A stretch of DNA of 64,000 bases from Candidatus Dormiibacterota bacterium (lineage in GTDB: Bacteria; Chloroflexota; Dormibacteria; Aeolococcales; Aeolococcaceae): the NCBI GenBank assembly GCA_963777285.1, contig CAVZPR010000001.1, positions 589,039-653,038 of the forward strand, in the 5' to 3' direction. The notes below the pieces were generated by a model. That model was not told the origin of the DNA, made no database searches, and saw nothing but the letters and a program-made list of their open reading frames with translations. Shown piece by piece: positions 26,327 to 38,364 of the stretch. Each line of letters begins with the position of its first letter. The first letter of the stretch is position 1. The translations under genes were made by a program, and so were the position numbers.

Positions 26327-27255
26327 CCGCGGGCATCGCCGACGGCGCGCCGCCGCGCGCACGCGTTCGCGGCGCGGGCGTGCTGGCCCTGGACAAGCCC
26401 GCGGGCATCACGTCGTTCGACGCGGTTCGCGAGGTGCGCCGTGTGGTGGGGGAGCGGCGAGTGGGCCACGCGGGAACCCTCGACCCGACGGCGTCCGGTC
26501 TGCTGCCCATCTGCATCGGTCGCGCCACGCGCCTCGTCGACTACTTCCACGCGCAGCCCAAGACGTACCACTGCGTCGTCCGTCTCGGCGAGCGCAGCGA
26601 CACGTTCGACGTCGAAGGCACCGTCACGCCGGGCGGCGACGCGAGCTCGCTGACCGAGGATCAGGTCGCGCAGGCGCTGGATCGCTTTCGCGGTGACATC
26701 CTGCAGCTGCCGCCGATGCATTCCGCGGTGCGCCATGAGGGGCGGCACCTGTACGAGCTGGCCCGCGCGGGTCAGGAGGTGGAGCGCCGGCCGCGCCCGG
26801 CGACCATCCACGCGATCGAGCTCGTGGCCTTCCGCCCGGGCCGGGCGGCGGAGGCCGAGATCGTGGTCACGTCGGGCAAAGGCGCCTACATGCGCGTCCT
26901 GGCCGCCGACCTGGGTGAAGCGCTGGGCACGGGCGGGCTGCTCGGCTGGCTCAGCCGCACCCGGTACGGGACGCTGCGCCTCGAGGACGCGATCACACTC
27001 GACCGGCTGCTGGCGCTCGACGACCCCTGGTCCGCCGTGGGTGACATGGACGTCGCCGTGGCCCACCTGCCGCGGGTGGATGTCGCGCCGGCTCTCGCGC
27101 AGCAGCTGCGCCGCGGCCAGCCCGTGTGGCTGCCCCGGTCGCTGCAGCCCGAGGTGAGCGGTGAGTGCCGCGCTCATGCGGTGGACGGCGAGCTGATCGC
27201 CGTCGGCTCGGTGCAGGGGGGGCTGCTGCGACCCACCAAGGTGCTGGCGGCCTGA
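26323..27255 (+). CDS. truB: tRNA pseudouridine-55 synthase
   Basis: GTGA overlap with nrnA. GVLALDKPAGITSFD, GHAGTLDPTASGLLPI, LPPMHSAV. Confidence 0.95.
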   Translation: MTAGIADGAPPRARVRGAGVLALDKPAGITSFDAVREVRRVVGERRVGHAGTLDPTASGLLPICIGRATRLVDYFHAQPKTYHCVVRLGERSDTFDVEGTVTPGGDASSLTEDQVAQALDRFRGDILQLPPMHSAVRHEGRHLYELARAGQEVERRPRPATIHAIELVAFRPGRAAEAEIVVTSGKGAYMRVLAADLGEALGTGGLLGWLSRTRYGTLRLEDAITLDRLLALDDPWSAVGDMDVAVAHLPRVDVAPALAQQLRRGQPVWLPRSLQPEVSGECRAHAVDGELIAVGSVQGGLLRPTKVLAA

Positions 27256-27271
27256 GGCTCGTCGCCCGACG

Positions 27272-28198
27272 ATGGACGCGCAAGGGGCAGGCGGGGGCGG
27301 CGGCTCCGCGCTGACCGTCGGCACCTTCGACGGCGTGCACCGCGGTCACATGGCGCTGCTGGGACGCCTCATGGCCGTTTCCGCCCCGGCCGGCGCCAGG
27401 ACGGTGGCGGTCACGTTCGACCCGCACCCCCGCTGCGTCGTCGACCCGGCCGGGTGCCCGCCCCTGCTCTGCAGCGTGCCCGAGCGGGTCGACCTGCTGC
27501 GCCGGGCCGGTGTGGACGAGGTTGCGGTGCTCGACTTCACCCCGCAGCTCGCGGCGATGAGCGCCGAGGACTTCTGCGACCTGCTGGTGGAGCGCTTCCG
27601 CCCGGTCGCCCTGGTGGAGGGGGGCGGCTTCGCCCTGGGGCAGGGACGGGCCGGCGACCTCGAGTTCCTGCGGGACTATGGGTCGGCGCACGGCTTCATC
27701 GTGGCCGAGGTCGTGATCGGGACCCACAGCGGGTCACCGGTCTCCTCGCGCCGCATCCGCGAGGAGATCGCCGCCGGCCGCATGCGCGAGGCGAACGAGA
27801 TGCTGGGCCGCCACTACTCCCTCAGCGCCCCGGTGGTCGCCGGGCGCAAGGTGGGCGCCCGGCTGGGCTTCCCCACCGCCAACCTTGCGGTCCCGCCGGA
27901 TCGGTGCGTGCCGGGGCCGGGCGTGTACGCCACCTGGCTCGAGGTGGAAGGCCGCTGGCTCCCAGCGGCCACCAGCATCGGCCCCCACCCCACGTTCTCG
28001 GACAACCCGGAGGCCACCATCGAGGCGCACGTGCTCGACTTCGAGGGCGACGTCTACGGCCAGGACGTCCGCCTGGCCTTCGCGCGCAGGCTGCGGGGGC
28101 AGAAGCGCTTCGGTTCGGAGGCGGCGCTGGCCGAGGCGATCCGCCGCGACGTCGAGCGGGTGCGCCAGGTGCTGTCCGGAGCAAGGCCGTACCTGTGA
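27272..28198 (+). CDS. ribF: Bifunctional riboflavin kinase / FAD synthetase
   Basis: LTVGTFDGVHRGH, GFPTANL, GVYA, PTF, EAHVLDF.GD.YG. Confidence 0.95.
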   Translation: MDAQGAGGGGGSALTVGTFDGVHRGHMALLGRLMAVSAPAGARTVAVTFDPHPRCVVDPAGCPPLLCSVPERVDLLRRAGVDEVAVLDFTPQLAAMSAEDFCDLLVERFRPVALVEGGGFALGQGRAGDLEFLRDYGSAHGFIVAEVVIGTHSGSPVSSRRIREEIAAGRMREANEMLGRHYSLSAPVVAGRKVGARLGFPTANLAVPPDRCVPGPGVYATWLEVEGRWLPAATSIGPHPTFSDNPEATIEAHVLDFEGDVYGQDVRLAFARRLRGQKRFGSEAALAEAIRRDVERVRQVLSGARPYL

Positions 28199-29142
28199 TC
28201 TCCGACACGCTGGTCGTGGTCAACCCGGCGAGCGCCGGGGGCCGGACCTTCCAGCGGTGGCCCGAGACCGCGGCGCTCCTGCTGGCCGCCGGCGTCGACT
28301 ACGAGGCGCAGCTCACGCGCGGGTCCGGCGACGCGACCGACCTCGTGCGCGCGGCGCTGTCCGGCGGCTGCCGGCGCGTGGTGGTGGTCGGCGGTGACGG
28401 CACGCTCAACGAAGCGGTGAACGGCTTCTTCGACGCCGCGGGTGCGCCGCTCGGTCGCGACGCCTGCCTTGCGCTGATCCCCAGCGGCACCGGCGGCGAC
28501 TTCCGCAGGAGCGCCGGCATCCCCGTCCGGCCGGCGGCGGCGGTGCGGCTGGTGGCTGCGGGCGAGACGCGGCGGATCGACGGCGGCCGCATCGAGTACG
28601 GGGACGGCAGCCGCCGCCATTTCATCAACATCGCCGACTGCGGTCTCGGGGGTGAGGTGGTGGCTCGCGTCAACCGCAGCCCGCACAAGGGCGGCGGGGT
28701 ACGCGGCACCGCGGTGTTCCTGGGCCAATCGCTGGCGGCGCTGTGGAGCTACGGCGCGCGCCGCGTGACCGTGACCGTCGACGACAGGGACAGCCTCGAG
28801 GCCGACGTGCAGAGCGTCGTCGTCGCCAACGGCGGCTACTTCGGCGGCGGCATGCACATCGCACCGCACGCGTCGCTCGACGACGGTCTGTTCGACGTGA
28901 TCGTGGTCGAATCGCGCGGTCGCATCGCATCCTTGCGCGGGCTGCCGCAGCTGTATCGCGGCAAACACATGGCGCAGCCCGGCGTCACCGCCATGCAGGC
29001 GAGAAAGGTGCGCATCGAGACGATGGATCAGCCGCTGCTGTTCGACGTCGAGGGCGAGCAGATCGGCTGCACGCCGGCCACGCTGACGTGCCTGCCGGGC
29101 GCCATCGCGCTCTGCGCGCCCGCTGCTGACCCGTCGCTGTGA
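28195..29142 (+). CDS. Diacylglycerol-kinase-family lipid kinase (YegS/DagK-like)
   Basis: GTGA overlap with ribF. VVVNPASAGG, VVVVGGDGTLNEAVNG, IPSGTGGDF. Confidence 0.85.
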   Translation: MISDTLVVVNPASAGGRTFQRWPETAALLLAAGVDYEAQLTRGSGDATDLVRAALSGGCRRVVVVGGDGTLNEAVNGFFDAAGAPLGRDACLALIPSGTGGDFRRSAGIPVRPAAAVRLVAAGETRRIDGGRIEYGDGSRRHFINIADCGLGGEVVARVNRSPHKGGGVRGTAVFLGQSLAALWSYGARRVTVTVDDRDSLEADVQSVVVANGGYFGGGMHIAPHASLDDGLFDVIVVESRGRIASLRGLPQLYRGKHMAQPGVTAMQARKVRIETMDQPLLFDVEGEQIGCTPATLTCLPGAIALCAPAADPSL

Positions 29143-29181
29143 GGCCGCGGTTCCCGGGCGCCTGCTAGACTGCAGCGAAAC

Positions 29182-29448
29182 GTGCCAATCGTCAGACCCA
29201 AGTCCGAGATCATCGCCGAGCACCGCCGGCACGAGACAGACACCGGCTCCGCGGAGGTCCAGGTCGCAGTTCTCACCGAGCGCATCAGCGCGCTCACGGA
29301 ACACCTGCGCGACCATCCCAAAGACCACGCGTCGCGCCGGGGACTGCTCAAGTTGGTGGGGCAGCGGCGCAGGCTGCTCGACTACCTGTCGCGCCTCGAC
29401 GTCGAGCGCTACCGCGCGTTGATCAGCCGTCTCGGCCTGCGCCGCTGA
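29182..29448 (+). CDS. rpsO: 30S ribosomal protein S15
   Basis: [48 protein letters not shown]. Confidence 0.97.
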   Translation: MPIVRPKSEIIAEHRRHETDTGSAEVQVAVLTERISALTEHLRDHPKDHASRRGLLKLVGQRRRLLDYLSRLDVERYRALISRLGLRR

Positions 29449-29740
29449 TGCGGCGCAGCTCAGCCAGGTCTGGCACAGCGGAGGAGACGGGCTCGCGCTG
29501 ACGCCGAGCCGACACTGACAAAGCGACGACACATCGACCACTCACCGACGCAACCCGGTGCTGGCGCTCTCGCCCACCACGCGCTGTTGGTGAGACGTTG
29601 GGGACCGGGTGTCGCCCGGGACTCGCAGCGACAGCATGTCGCGCGGCCCGGCTCGAGCCCAGCCTCCAACACCTCACCGCTCGCATGCGCGACAGGCAAC
29701 GCCACCACCGGGTCTCATCACATCTGAGGAGATCCAACCT
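29449..29740 (+). promoter_or_regulatory. rpsO-pnp intergenic leader (long structured 5' UTR of pnp)
   Basis: 292 nt without an ORF. Several hairpins (GGCTCG-N9-CGAGCC, CCGGG-TGTCG-CCCGG, GCGACA-GCA-TGTCGC). SD GAGGAG 8 nt before ATG 29741. pnp leaders are known autoregulatory RNase III/PNPase targets. Confidence 0.5.
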
Positions 29741-31879
<2,139 letters not shown>

Positions 31880-31898
31880 GGCCAGCGCGGCGAGCCGC

Positions 31899-32915
31899 AT
31901 GGCGCACGCCGGTGCCGCGAGCGGTCCGCGGGTGGCCGTCGTCGGCGCCACCGGCGCCGCCGGCGGCACGCTGCTGCGCGTGCTGCACGAGCGCCGGTTT
32001 CCGCTCTCGGAGCTACGCGTTCTGGCCAGTGAGCGGAGCGCCGGCAGCGCGGTGCGCTACGCCGGCGGCGAGCTGATCGTGCGCGCCATCGACGAGGACG
32101 CGCTCCACGACGCCGACATCGTCTTCTTCGCCGCGGGGTCATCGACATCGCGCCGGCACGCGCCGCACGTGGCCGCGGCGGGCGGCGTCGCTGTGGACAA
32201 GTCGAGCGCGTTCCGCCTCGACGACGCCGTTCCCCTGGTGGTGCCGGAGGTCAACGCGAGCGCACTGCAGGCGCACCGCGGGATCGTGGCAAACCCGAAC
32301 TGCGTCGCCATTCCGCTGAGCGTCACCCTGGCCCCGCTGCAGCACGCGTTCGGCCTGCGCCAGGTGACGCTGGCGACGTACCAGGCGGCGAGCGGCGCCG
32401 GCCGCGACCTGGTGCGCGAGCTCGCCGAGCAGGAGCGCGACGACGCAGAGGGAAAGGTGCCGCGGGCGAATGTCTATCCGCATGTGCTGCACGGCAACGT
32501 CGTGCCGGGTGGCTGGGCGATGCACGGCGACGACACCGAGGAGGAGCTGAAGATCGTCGCCGAGACGCGGCGGGTCCTCGGCGCGCCGGCGCTGCCCATC
32601 AGCGTCACGTCGGTGCGCGTTCCCGTGGCGGTGGGGCACAGCGCCGCGGTGTTCGTCGAGCTGGAGCAGCCCGTGACCGCGGACCAGGCGCGTGGCGTGC
32701 TGCGCGACGCACCCGGCGTTGCGCTGGTGGACGAACCCGGCTCGCAACGCTATCCGACACCGCGCGCCGCAGCCGGCGGCGACGATGTGCTCGTCGGCCG
32801 GGTGCGCCTCGACGCCGGCCGCGACCGCGGCCTGGCGTACTTCTTCAGCGCCGACAACCTGCGCAAAGGCGCCGCGACCAACGCGGTGCAGATCGCCGAG
32901 CTGCTGCTGGGGTGA
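31899..32915 (+). CDS. asd: Aspartate-semialdehyde dehydrogenase
   Basis: VAVVGATGAAG, IVANPNC, VHGNV, SVRVPV..GHS. Confidence 0.93.
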   Translation: MAHAGAASGPRVAVVGATGAAGGTLLRVLHERRFPLSELRVLASERSAGSAVRYAGGELIVRAIDEDALHDADIVFFAAGSSTSRRHAPHVAAAGGVAVDKSSAFRLDDAVPLVVPEVNASALQAHRGIVANPNCVAIPLSVTLAPLQHAFGLRQVTLATYQAASGAGRDLVRELAEQERDDAEGKVPRANVYPHVLHGNVVPGGWAMHGDDTEEELKIVAETRRVLGAPALPISVTSVRVPVAVGHSAAVFVELEQPVTADQARGVLRDAPGVALVDEPGSQRYPTPRAAAGGDDVLVGRVRLDAGRDRGLAYFFSADNLRKGAATNAVQIAELLLG

Positions 32916-33562
32916 TCCCCGGAGCCGCGCCGCCGCCAGCCCTACAATCCGGCGCGATGCAGGCCACCACGGACCAGCTGCTGGAGCTGCACGGCCGTGT
33001 CCGCGGTTGCGTGGCCTGTCCGCTGCACCTGACGCGCATCCAGGCGGTGCCGGGGTACGGCCCGGTCACGGCGCGGATCATGGCCGTCGGGGAGGCGCCG
33101 GGAGAGACCGAGGACCGCGAGGGCAAGCCGTTCGTCGGCGCCGCGGGACAGCTGCTCACCCGGCTGCTCGAGGGCGTCGGCCTCAGCCGGCGCGACATCT
33201 ACATCACCAACGTGATCAAGTGCCGGCCACCCGGCAATCGAGACCCCGAGCAGCCCGAGGTGGACGCCTGCAGCCACTTCCTGGACGAGCAGGTCGGCAT
33301 GCTGCGGCCCGCGGTGATCCTGCTGCTGGGCCGCCATGCACTGTCGCGCCTGCTGCCAGGCGCCGGCAGCATCACCCGCCTGCACGGGGAACGCATCCGC
33401 CGCGGGGACCGCGTGTACGTGCCGCTGTACCACCCGGCGGCCGCCCTGTACAACGCCAATCTCCTCGAGACCCTGCAAGCTGACATGGCGCGCGTGCGGC
33501 GCTACCTCGACGATGCAATTGGCCCCGCCGAACCCTCCATGCAGATGGCCCTCTTTGAGTAG
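32912..33562 (+). CDS. udg: Family 4 uracil-DNA glycosylase
   Basis: C..CPL, GEAPGETEDREGKPFVGAAGQLL, ITNVIKCRPPGNRDP, HPAA. GTGA overlap with asd; an alternative ATG is at 32957. Confidence 0.88.
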   Translation: MIPGAAPPPALQSGAMQATTDQLLELHGRVRGCVACPLHLTRIQAVPGYGPVTARIMAVGEAPGETEDREGKPFVGAAGQLLTRLLEGVGLSRRDIYITNVIKCRPPGNRDPEQPEVDACSHFLDEQVGMLRPAVILLLGRHALSRLLPGAGSITRLHGERIRRGDRVYVPLYHPAAALYNANLLETLQADMARVRRYLDDAIGPAEPSMQMALFE

Positions 33563-35213
33563 CGACCGCACGCTCCGTATCGTGCCGCTCGGCGGTCTCG
33601 GGGAGATCGGCCGCAACATGATGGCCGTCTGCTGCGGCGACGACATCGTGGTCATCGATTCCGGGCTGATGTTCCCCGAGCAGGAGATGCTGGGCGTCGA
33701 CCTGGTCATCCCGGACGTGACCTGGCTCGTCGAGCGCAAGGCACAGGTGCGCGGCATCGTGCTGACGCACGGACACGAGGACCACATCGGTGCACTGCCG
33801 TACGTGCTGCCGCGTGTCGACGTGCCGGTGTTCGGCACCGCGCTGACGCTGGGCTTCCTGCGCAACAAGCTGCGCGATCACCACCTCACGGAGTCGACCG
33901 CGCTGCACACGGTGCACGCCGGAGACACGCGGACACTCGGCTGCTTCGACGTCGAGTGGGTGCACACCACGCATTCGATCCCCGATGCATGCGCGCTGGT
34001 GATCCGCACGCCGGTGGGCACGATCGTGCACAGCGGTGACTTCAAGATCGACTCCACGCCGGTGCAGGGTGAGCCCCCGGACCTGGCCCGGCTCGCCCGT
34101 CTCGGCGACGAGGGCGTGCTGCTGCTGCTCAGCGACAGCACCAACGCGGAGCACGACGGCACGACGCCCAGCGAACGGTCGGTGGGCGAGGGACTGGCGC
34201 CGATCTTCGCACAGGCGCCGGGGCGCATCGTGATGGCCACGTTCGCCTCGAACATCAGCCGTCTGCAGCAGGCGATCAACGCCGCGCGCGACACCGGCCG
34301 CAAGGTGTTCATCGTCGGCCGCTCGATGCTGAAGAACGTGCGCGTGGCCGAGGAGCTCGGCTACCTGCAGGCTCCGGCGTCGATCTTCGTGTCACCCAAG
34401 GAGCACGAGTCGGTGCCCGACTCGGAGCTGGGGATCCTCTGCACCGGCGCCCAGGGCGAGCCGCTGTCGGCGCTGACGCGCATCGCCGCGGGCGAGCACC
34501 CCATGGTGCGCATGCACGCCGACGACACGGTGATCATCAGCGCCAATCCCATCCCCGGCAACGAGGAAGCGGTGCACCGCACCATCAACAACCTCTACCG
34601 CCGCGGCGCCCGCGTGTTCAACTCCTCGCGCCACCGCGTGCACGCCTCGGGTCACGCCAGCCGGGAGGAGCTGAAGCTGCTGCTGACGCTGACGAGGCCA
34701 CGCTACTTCGTGCCGGTGCACGGCGAGTACCGCCACCTGGCGCTGCACTCGGAGCTGGCCCGGTCCGTGGGCATCGCCAGCGATCGCGTCGTGGCCATCG
34801 ACAACGGCACCGTGCTGCAGATCGACGACGACGGCGTCCGGCGCAGCGAGGTGCGTGTGCCGGCGGGCTACGTCTACGTCGACGGCCTCACCATCGAGGA
34901 GGCGGACGACGTGGTCTTCCGCGACCGCCAGCAGCTGGCCAAGGACGGCGTGATCATCGTCGTGCTGACGGTGGAGCGGTCCGGCGGCACGGTGGTGCAG
35001 GGCCCGGAGCTGGTTTCGCGCGGCTTCATCGAGGACGGCGCCGGACGCCTCTTCGACGACGCGCGCGAGCACATCGTGTCGCTGCAGTCCCGGCTCGCGC
35101 CGGAGGCCGACTGGAGCGTCTGGCAGGCGACGATCCACGAGGAGCTGGCGCGCTTCCTCTACCGGAGGACCCGGCGCCGGCCGCTGATCCTGCCGCTGGT
35201 CACGGAGGTCTGA
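33555..35213 (+). CDS. rnj: Ribonuclease J
   Basis: LRIVPLGGLGEIGRNMM, metallo-beta-lactamase HGHEDHIGA, beta-CASP, HASGHAS. Start is TTG 33555 or ATG 33513. Confidence 0.93.
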   Translation: MSSDRTLRIVPLGGLGEIGRNMMAVCCGDDIVVIDSGLMFPEQEMLGVDLVIPDVTWLVERKAQVRGIVLTHGHEDHIGALPYVLPRVDVPVFGTALTLGFLRNKLRDHHLTESTALHTVHAGDTRTLGCFDVEWVHTTHSIPDACALVIRTPVGTIVHSGDFKIDSTPVQGEPPDLARLARLGDEGVLLLLSDSTNAEHDGTTPSERSVGEGLAPIFAQAPGRIVMATFASNISRLQQAINAARDTGRKVFIVGRSMLKNVRVAEELGYLQAPASIFVSPKEHESVPDSELGILCTGAQGEPLSALTRIAAGEHPMVRMHADDTVIISANPIPGNEEAVHRTINNLYRRGARVFNSSRHRVHASGHASREELKLLLTLTRPRYFVPVHGEYRHLALHSELARSVGIASDRVVAIDNGTVLQIDDDGVRRSEVRVPAGYVYVDGLTIEEADDVVFRDRQQLAKDGVIIVVLTVERSGGTVVQGPELVSRGFIEDGAGRLFDDAREHIVSLQSRLAPEADWSVWQATIHEELARFLYRRTRRRPLILPLVTEV

Positions 35214-35296
35214 AGCCCGGCGCGAACGGGGGTTTGCTGATACGATCGCCGCGATCTCACAGGCGTTTCCGCCAACGTCGACGCAGGGTTTCACGC

Positions 35297-37597
35297 ATGG
35301 CTCGTAGCGCATCCTCGCGGCGCCCCCCCGCGCGGCGCCGACCCGCTTCGCGCGGCCGCGCCACGACCGCGCGTGGACGCGCCTCCAAAGCACCGAGGGC
35401 GCCGCTGCTCAGCCTGGACCTGCAGCGCGAGCTGATCGGCGTGGGGGCGATCGGCCTGGGGCTGGTGGTGGGGGCGGTGCTCCTACTCCCGGGGACAGGC
35501 TCGGTGGCACGCCCGGTGCACGACGCGCTCTACGCGTTCTTCGGGGTGGGCGCCTGGCTGGCCGTCGGCGGGCTCGTGGTCACCGGGATCCGCCTCTGCG
35601 CCAGCCACGCGTGGCGCGCCGGCGAGGTCGCGGCGGCGGGGTGCGTGCTCACCGTGCTGGCGGTCCTCGGCCTCGTGGGCTTGGCGGCTCCAGGTTCAGC
35701 GGGGGACCTCGGCCGCTGGCTCGGGCCCGGCATCGCCCGCGGTCTCGGCGGAGCGGGCGCGGCCGCGGCGCTGGTGGTGGTCGCGGTGTTGGGCCTGGTC
35801 CTGGCCACCGACCTGCGCACCGGGCCGCTGGTGGCGGCGGCGGCCGGGTGGCTGCACCGCATGCGCGAATCCCCGGCACCCGAGACACGCCGGCCGCAGC
35901 GCTTCACCGCGACCGGTGGTGGCGTGGCGGAGCTCGCGGGTACGCCCGTCCCGTTGCCGTTCCAGGCACCGCTCGACAGCCAGGCGCCCGACGCGTTCTT
36001 CCCCGACCTCGACACCCCGCCCGTTGCGCCGAAGGAGCCTGCCGACGGCGAGGACGCGGGCTTCCACCGCGAGTTCGAGGGCATCCCGGCGCCGCCGCCA
36101 CTGGGCCCGGTGCCCGAGGTGACCGCTGCGCATGCGGCGGAGGACGCCGCGACCGACGAGCCCGAGAAGGTGTGGCTGCTTCCCAGCGCCGACCTGCTCG
36201 ACACCATCACCGGCAAGCGCGAGCGCCTCCAGGCCGAGGTGCGCGCCACCGGCGAGAAGATCGTCGCGACCCTGGCCTCCTTCGGCATCGAGACGCGGAT
36301 CGTCGGCGCCAACAGCGGCCCCACCGTGACGCAGTACGAGCTGCAGCCGGCGGTCGGCGTCCCGGTGCGCAAGATCCTCGGCTATCAAACGGACCTCGCC
36401 CTCGCTCTGGCCGCCCCGATCCGCATCCAGCCGTTCATCCCGGGCAAGTCCGCGATCGGCGTCGAAGTGCCCAACAAGGCCGCGCAGCTGGTGAGCCTCA
36501 AGGAGATCGTCGAGTCGCAGCCCTTCAACGACTCGCACAAGCGGCTGAGCGTCGCGCTCGGCGCGGACGTGAGCGGACATCCTGTGGTCGGCGATCTCAC
36601 GCGCATGCCGCACCTGCTCATCGCGGGCGCGACCGGAAGCGGCAAGTCGGTGTCGATCAACGCGCTGCTCGGCGGGTTCCTGCTGCAGGCAACGCCGGCG
36701 CAGCTGAAGATGATCCTGATCGACCCCAAGCGCGTGGAGCTGTCCAACTTCGCAGACCTGCCCCACCTGCTGGTGCCGGTGGTGGTAGAGCCCGAGGCCG
36801 CCGTGGCATCGCTGCGCTGGGCGGTACGCGAGATGGAGGAGCGGTACAAGCTCTTCGCCACGCACGGGGCGCGCAACATCGCCGTCTTCAACGAGCGCTC
36901 GGCGAGCCTCGGCCTGGCGGCGCTGCCGTACATCGTGATCGTGATCGACGAGCTCGCCGACCTGATGATGGTCGCGGCGGGGGAGATCGAGGACCTCATC
37001 TGCCGCGTCGCGCAGCTGGCGCGCGCCGTCGGCATACATCTCATCGTGGCGACGCAGCGCCCGTCGGCGGACATCATCACCGGGCTGATCAAGGCGAACA
37101 TCCCCAGCCGCGTCGCGTTCGCCGTGTCCAGTGGCGTCGACTCGCGCGTGATCCTCGACGAGATGGGCGCGGAAAAGCTGCTGGGCCGTGGCGACATGCT
37201 CTACCTGCCGATCGACGAGGGCAAGCCGCGCCGCCTGCAGGGCGCGTACGTCAGCGATCGCGAGCTCGATTCGCTTATCGCGCACTGGAAGGCGCAGGGA
37301 TTGCCCGAGTACCAGGAGGAGATCTTCACCGTCGAGGCAACGGTGTCGTGGGCGCGCGACGCGATGAAGCGCGATTCGCTCTTCGCCAAGGCGGCGCACA
37401 CCGTCGCCGCCGAGGGACGCGCCGCCGCATCCCTGCTGCAGCGCAAGCTCAACGTCGGCTACACGCGCGCCGCGCGCCTCATCGACCAGCTCGCCGAGCA
37501 CGGTGTCGTCGGTCCGTACGAGGGCAGCAAATCGCGCGAGGTGCGGATGGACGTGTTCCAGGTGGACGAGCTGCTCGAGTCGCTGGGCGAGGAGTAG
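35297..37597 (+). CDS. ftsK: DNA translocase FtsK
   Basis: N-terminal TM helices, P/A-rich linker, motor domain GATGSGKSV, IVIDELADLMM, C-terminal gamma winged helix (LLQRKLNVGYTRAARLIDQLE). Confidence 0.96.
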   Translation: MARSASSRRPPARRRPASRGRATTARGRASKAPRAPLLSLDLQRELIGVGAIGLGLVVGAVLLLPGTGSVARPVHDALYAFFGVGAWLAVGGLVVTGIRLCASHAWRAGEVAAAGCVLTVLAVLGLVGLAAPGSAGDLGRWLGPGIARGLGGAGAAAALVVVAVLGLVLATDLRTGPLVAAAAGWLHRMRESPAPETRRPQRFTATGGGVAELAGTPVPLPFQAPLDSQAPDAFFPDLDTPPVAPKEPADGEDAGFHREFEGIPAPPPLGPVPEVTAAHAAEDAATDEPEKVWLLPSADLLDTITGKRERLQAEVRATGEKIVATLASFGIETRIVGANSGPTVTQYELQPAVGVPVRKILGYQTDLALALAAPIRIQPFIPGKSAIGVEVPNKAAQLVSLKEIVESQPFNDSHKRLSVALGADVSGHPVVGDLTRMPHLLIAGATGSGKSVSINALLGGFLLQATPAQLKMILIDPKRVELSNFADLPHLLVPVVVEPEAAVASLRWAVREMEERYKLFATHGARNIAVFNERSASLGLAALPYIVIVIDELADLMMVAAGEIEDLICRVAQLARAVGIHLIVATQRPSADIITGLIKANIPSRVAFAVSSGVDSRVILDEMGAEKLLGRGDMLYLPIDEGKPRRLQGAYVSDRELDSLIAHWKAQGLPEYQEEIFTVEATVSWARDAMKRDSLFAKAAHTVAAEGRAAASLLQRKLNVGYTRAARLIDQLAEHGVVGPYEGSKSREVRMDVFQVDELLESLGEE

Positions 37598-37702
37598 CCG
37601 GCGGCGCGGGATCGCGGCGCCGTGCGCCACGTGGGGGCGGAGCAGCAGCGCAGCGGGAACCGCCGGCCGCCCCGGCCGGTACGGCAGCCGATACTGGTCG
37701 GC

Positions 37703-38341
37703 ATGCCGGCTCGCGAGCGGTTTCGCGGCGCAGCACGGTTCGTTCCGCCTGACGCCGGGCTGGACACGATGCGGGCGGCGGCGCAGTCGTGCGAGGGCTG
37801 CGACCTCTATCGCAATGCGACGCAGGCCGTGTTCGGCGAGGGCGAGGCACGTGCTGTCGTGATGCTCGTGGGGGAGCAGCCCGGTGACCGCGAGGACGTC
37901 GAGGGCCACCCGTTCGTCGGGCCGGCCGGCCGGCTCCTCGACGCGGCCCTGCTCGAGGCGCGCATCGACCGGCGCGCCGTGTACATCACCAACGCGGTGA
38001 AGCACTTCAAATGGGAGCCACGAGGCAAGCGGCGCATCCACAAGAAGCCGAGCGCCGGTGAGGTCGACGCGTGCAGGCCCTGGCTCGAAGCGGAGATCGC
38101 CGCCGTCGATCCGCGGATCGTCGTGTGCCTGGGCGCCACAGCCGCCCAGGCGCTGCTCGGTTCGGGCTTCCGTGTGTCGCGTCAGCGTGGGCAGCTGCTC
38201 GCGCGGCCGGATGGACGGCGAATCCTGGCCACGGTCCATCCCTCGTCGATCCTGCGCGCACCGGACGACGCGGCGCGGCAGCTGGCCCGTGCCGAGTTCG
38301 TCGATGACCTCGCCGTCGTCGCCGCGACGCTGCACGGCTGA
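37703..38341 (+). CDS. udgX: UdgX-type family-4-like uracil-DNA glycosylase (KRRIH loop)
   Basis: C.GC.L, GEQPGDREDVEGHPFVGPAGRLL, ITNAVKHFKWEPRGKRRIHKKPS, VHPSS. The KRRIH insertion is the hallmark of covalent-trapping UdgX. Confidence 0.8.
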   Translation: MPARERFRGAARFVPPDAGLDTMRAAAQSCEGCDLYRNATQAVFGEGEARAVVMLVGEQPGDREDVEGHPFVGPAGRLLDAALLEARIDRRAVYITNAVKHFKWEPRGKRRIHKKPSAGEVDACRPWLEAEIAAVDPRIVVCLGATAAQALLGSGFRVSRQRGQLLARPDGRRILATVHPSSILRAPDDAARQLARAEFVDDLAVVAATLHG

Positions 38342-38364
38342 GCCGGGTATTCTCAGCCGGATCC

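Noticed and set aside
29609-29740. Upstream extension of pnp (ORF-track start 29609), and similar 5' extensions of pheT (9410), truB (25159), ruvA (14497), mutS (46703), rnj (33336), miaA (51144), recA (40047) and the lipid kinase (27454).
   Set aside because: The extensions are out of keeping with conserved N-termini. Internal starts with SD sequences or NTGA coupling to the upstream gene fit far better.
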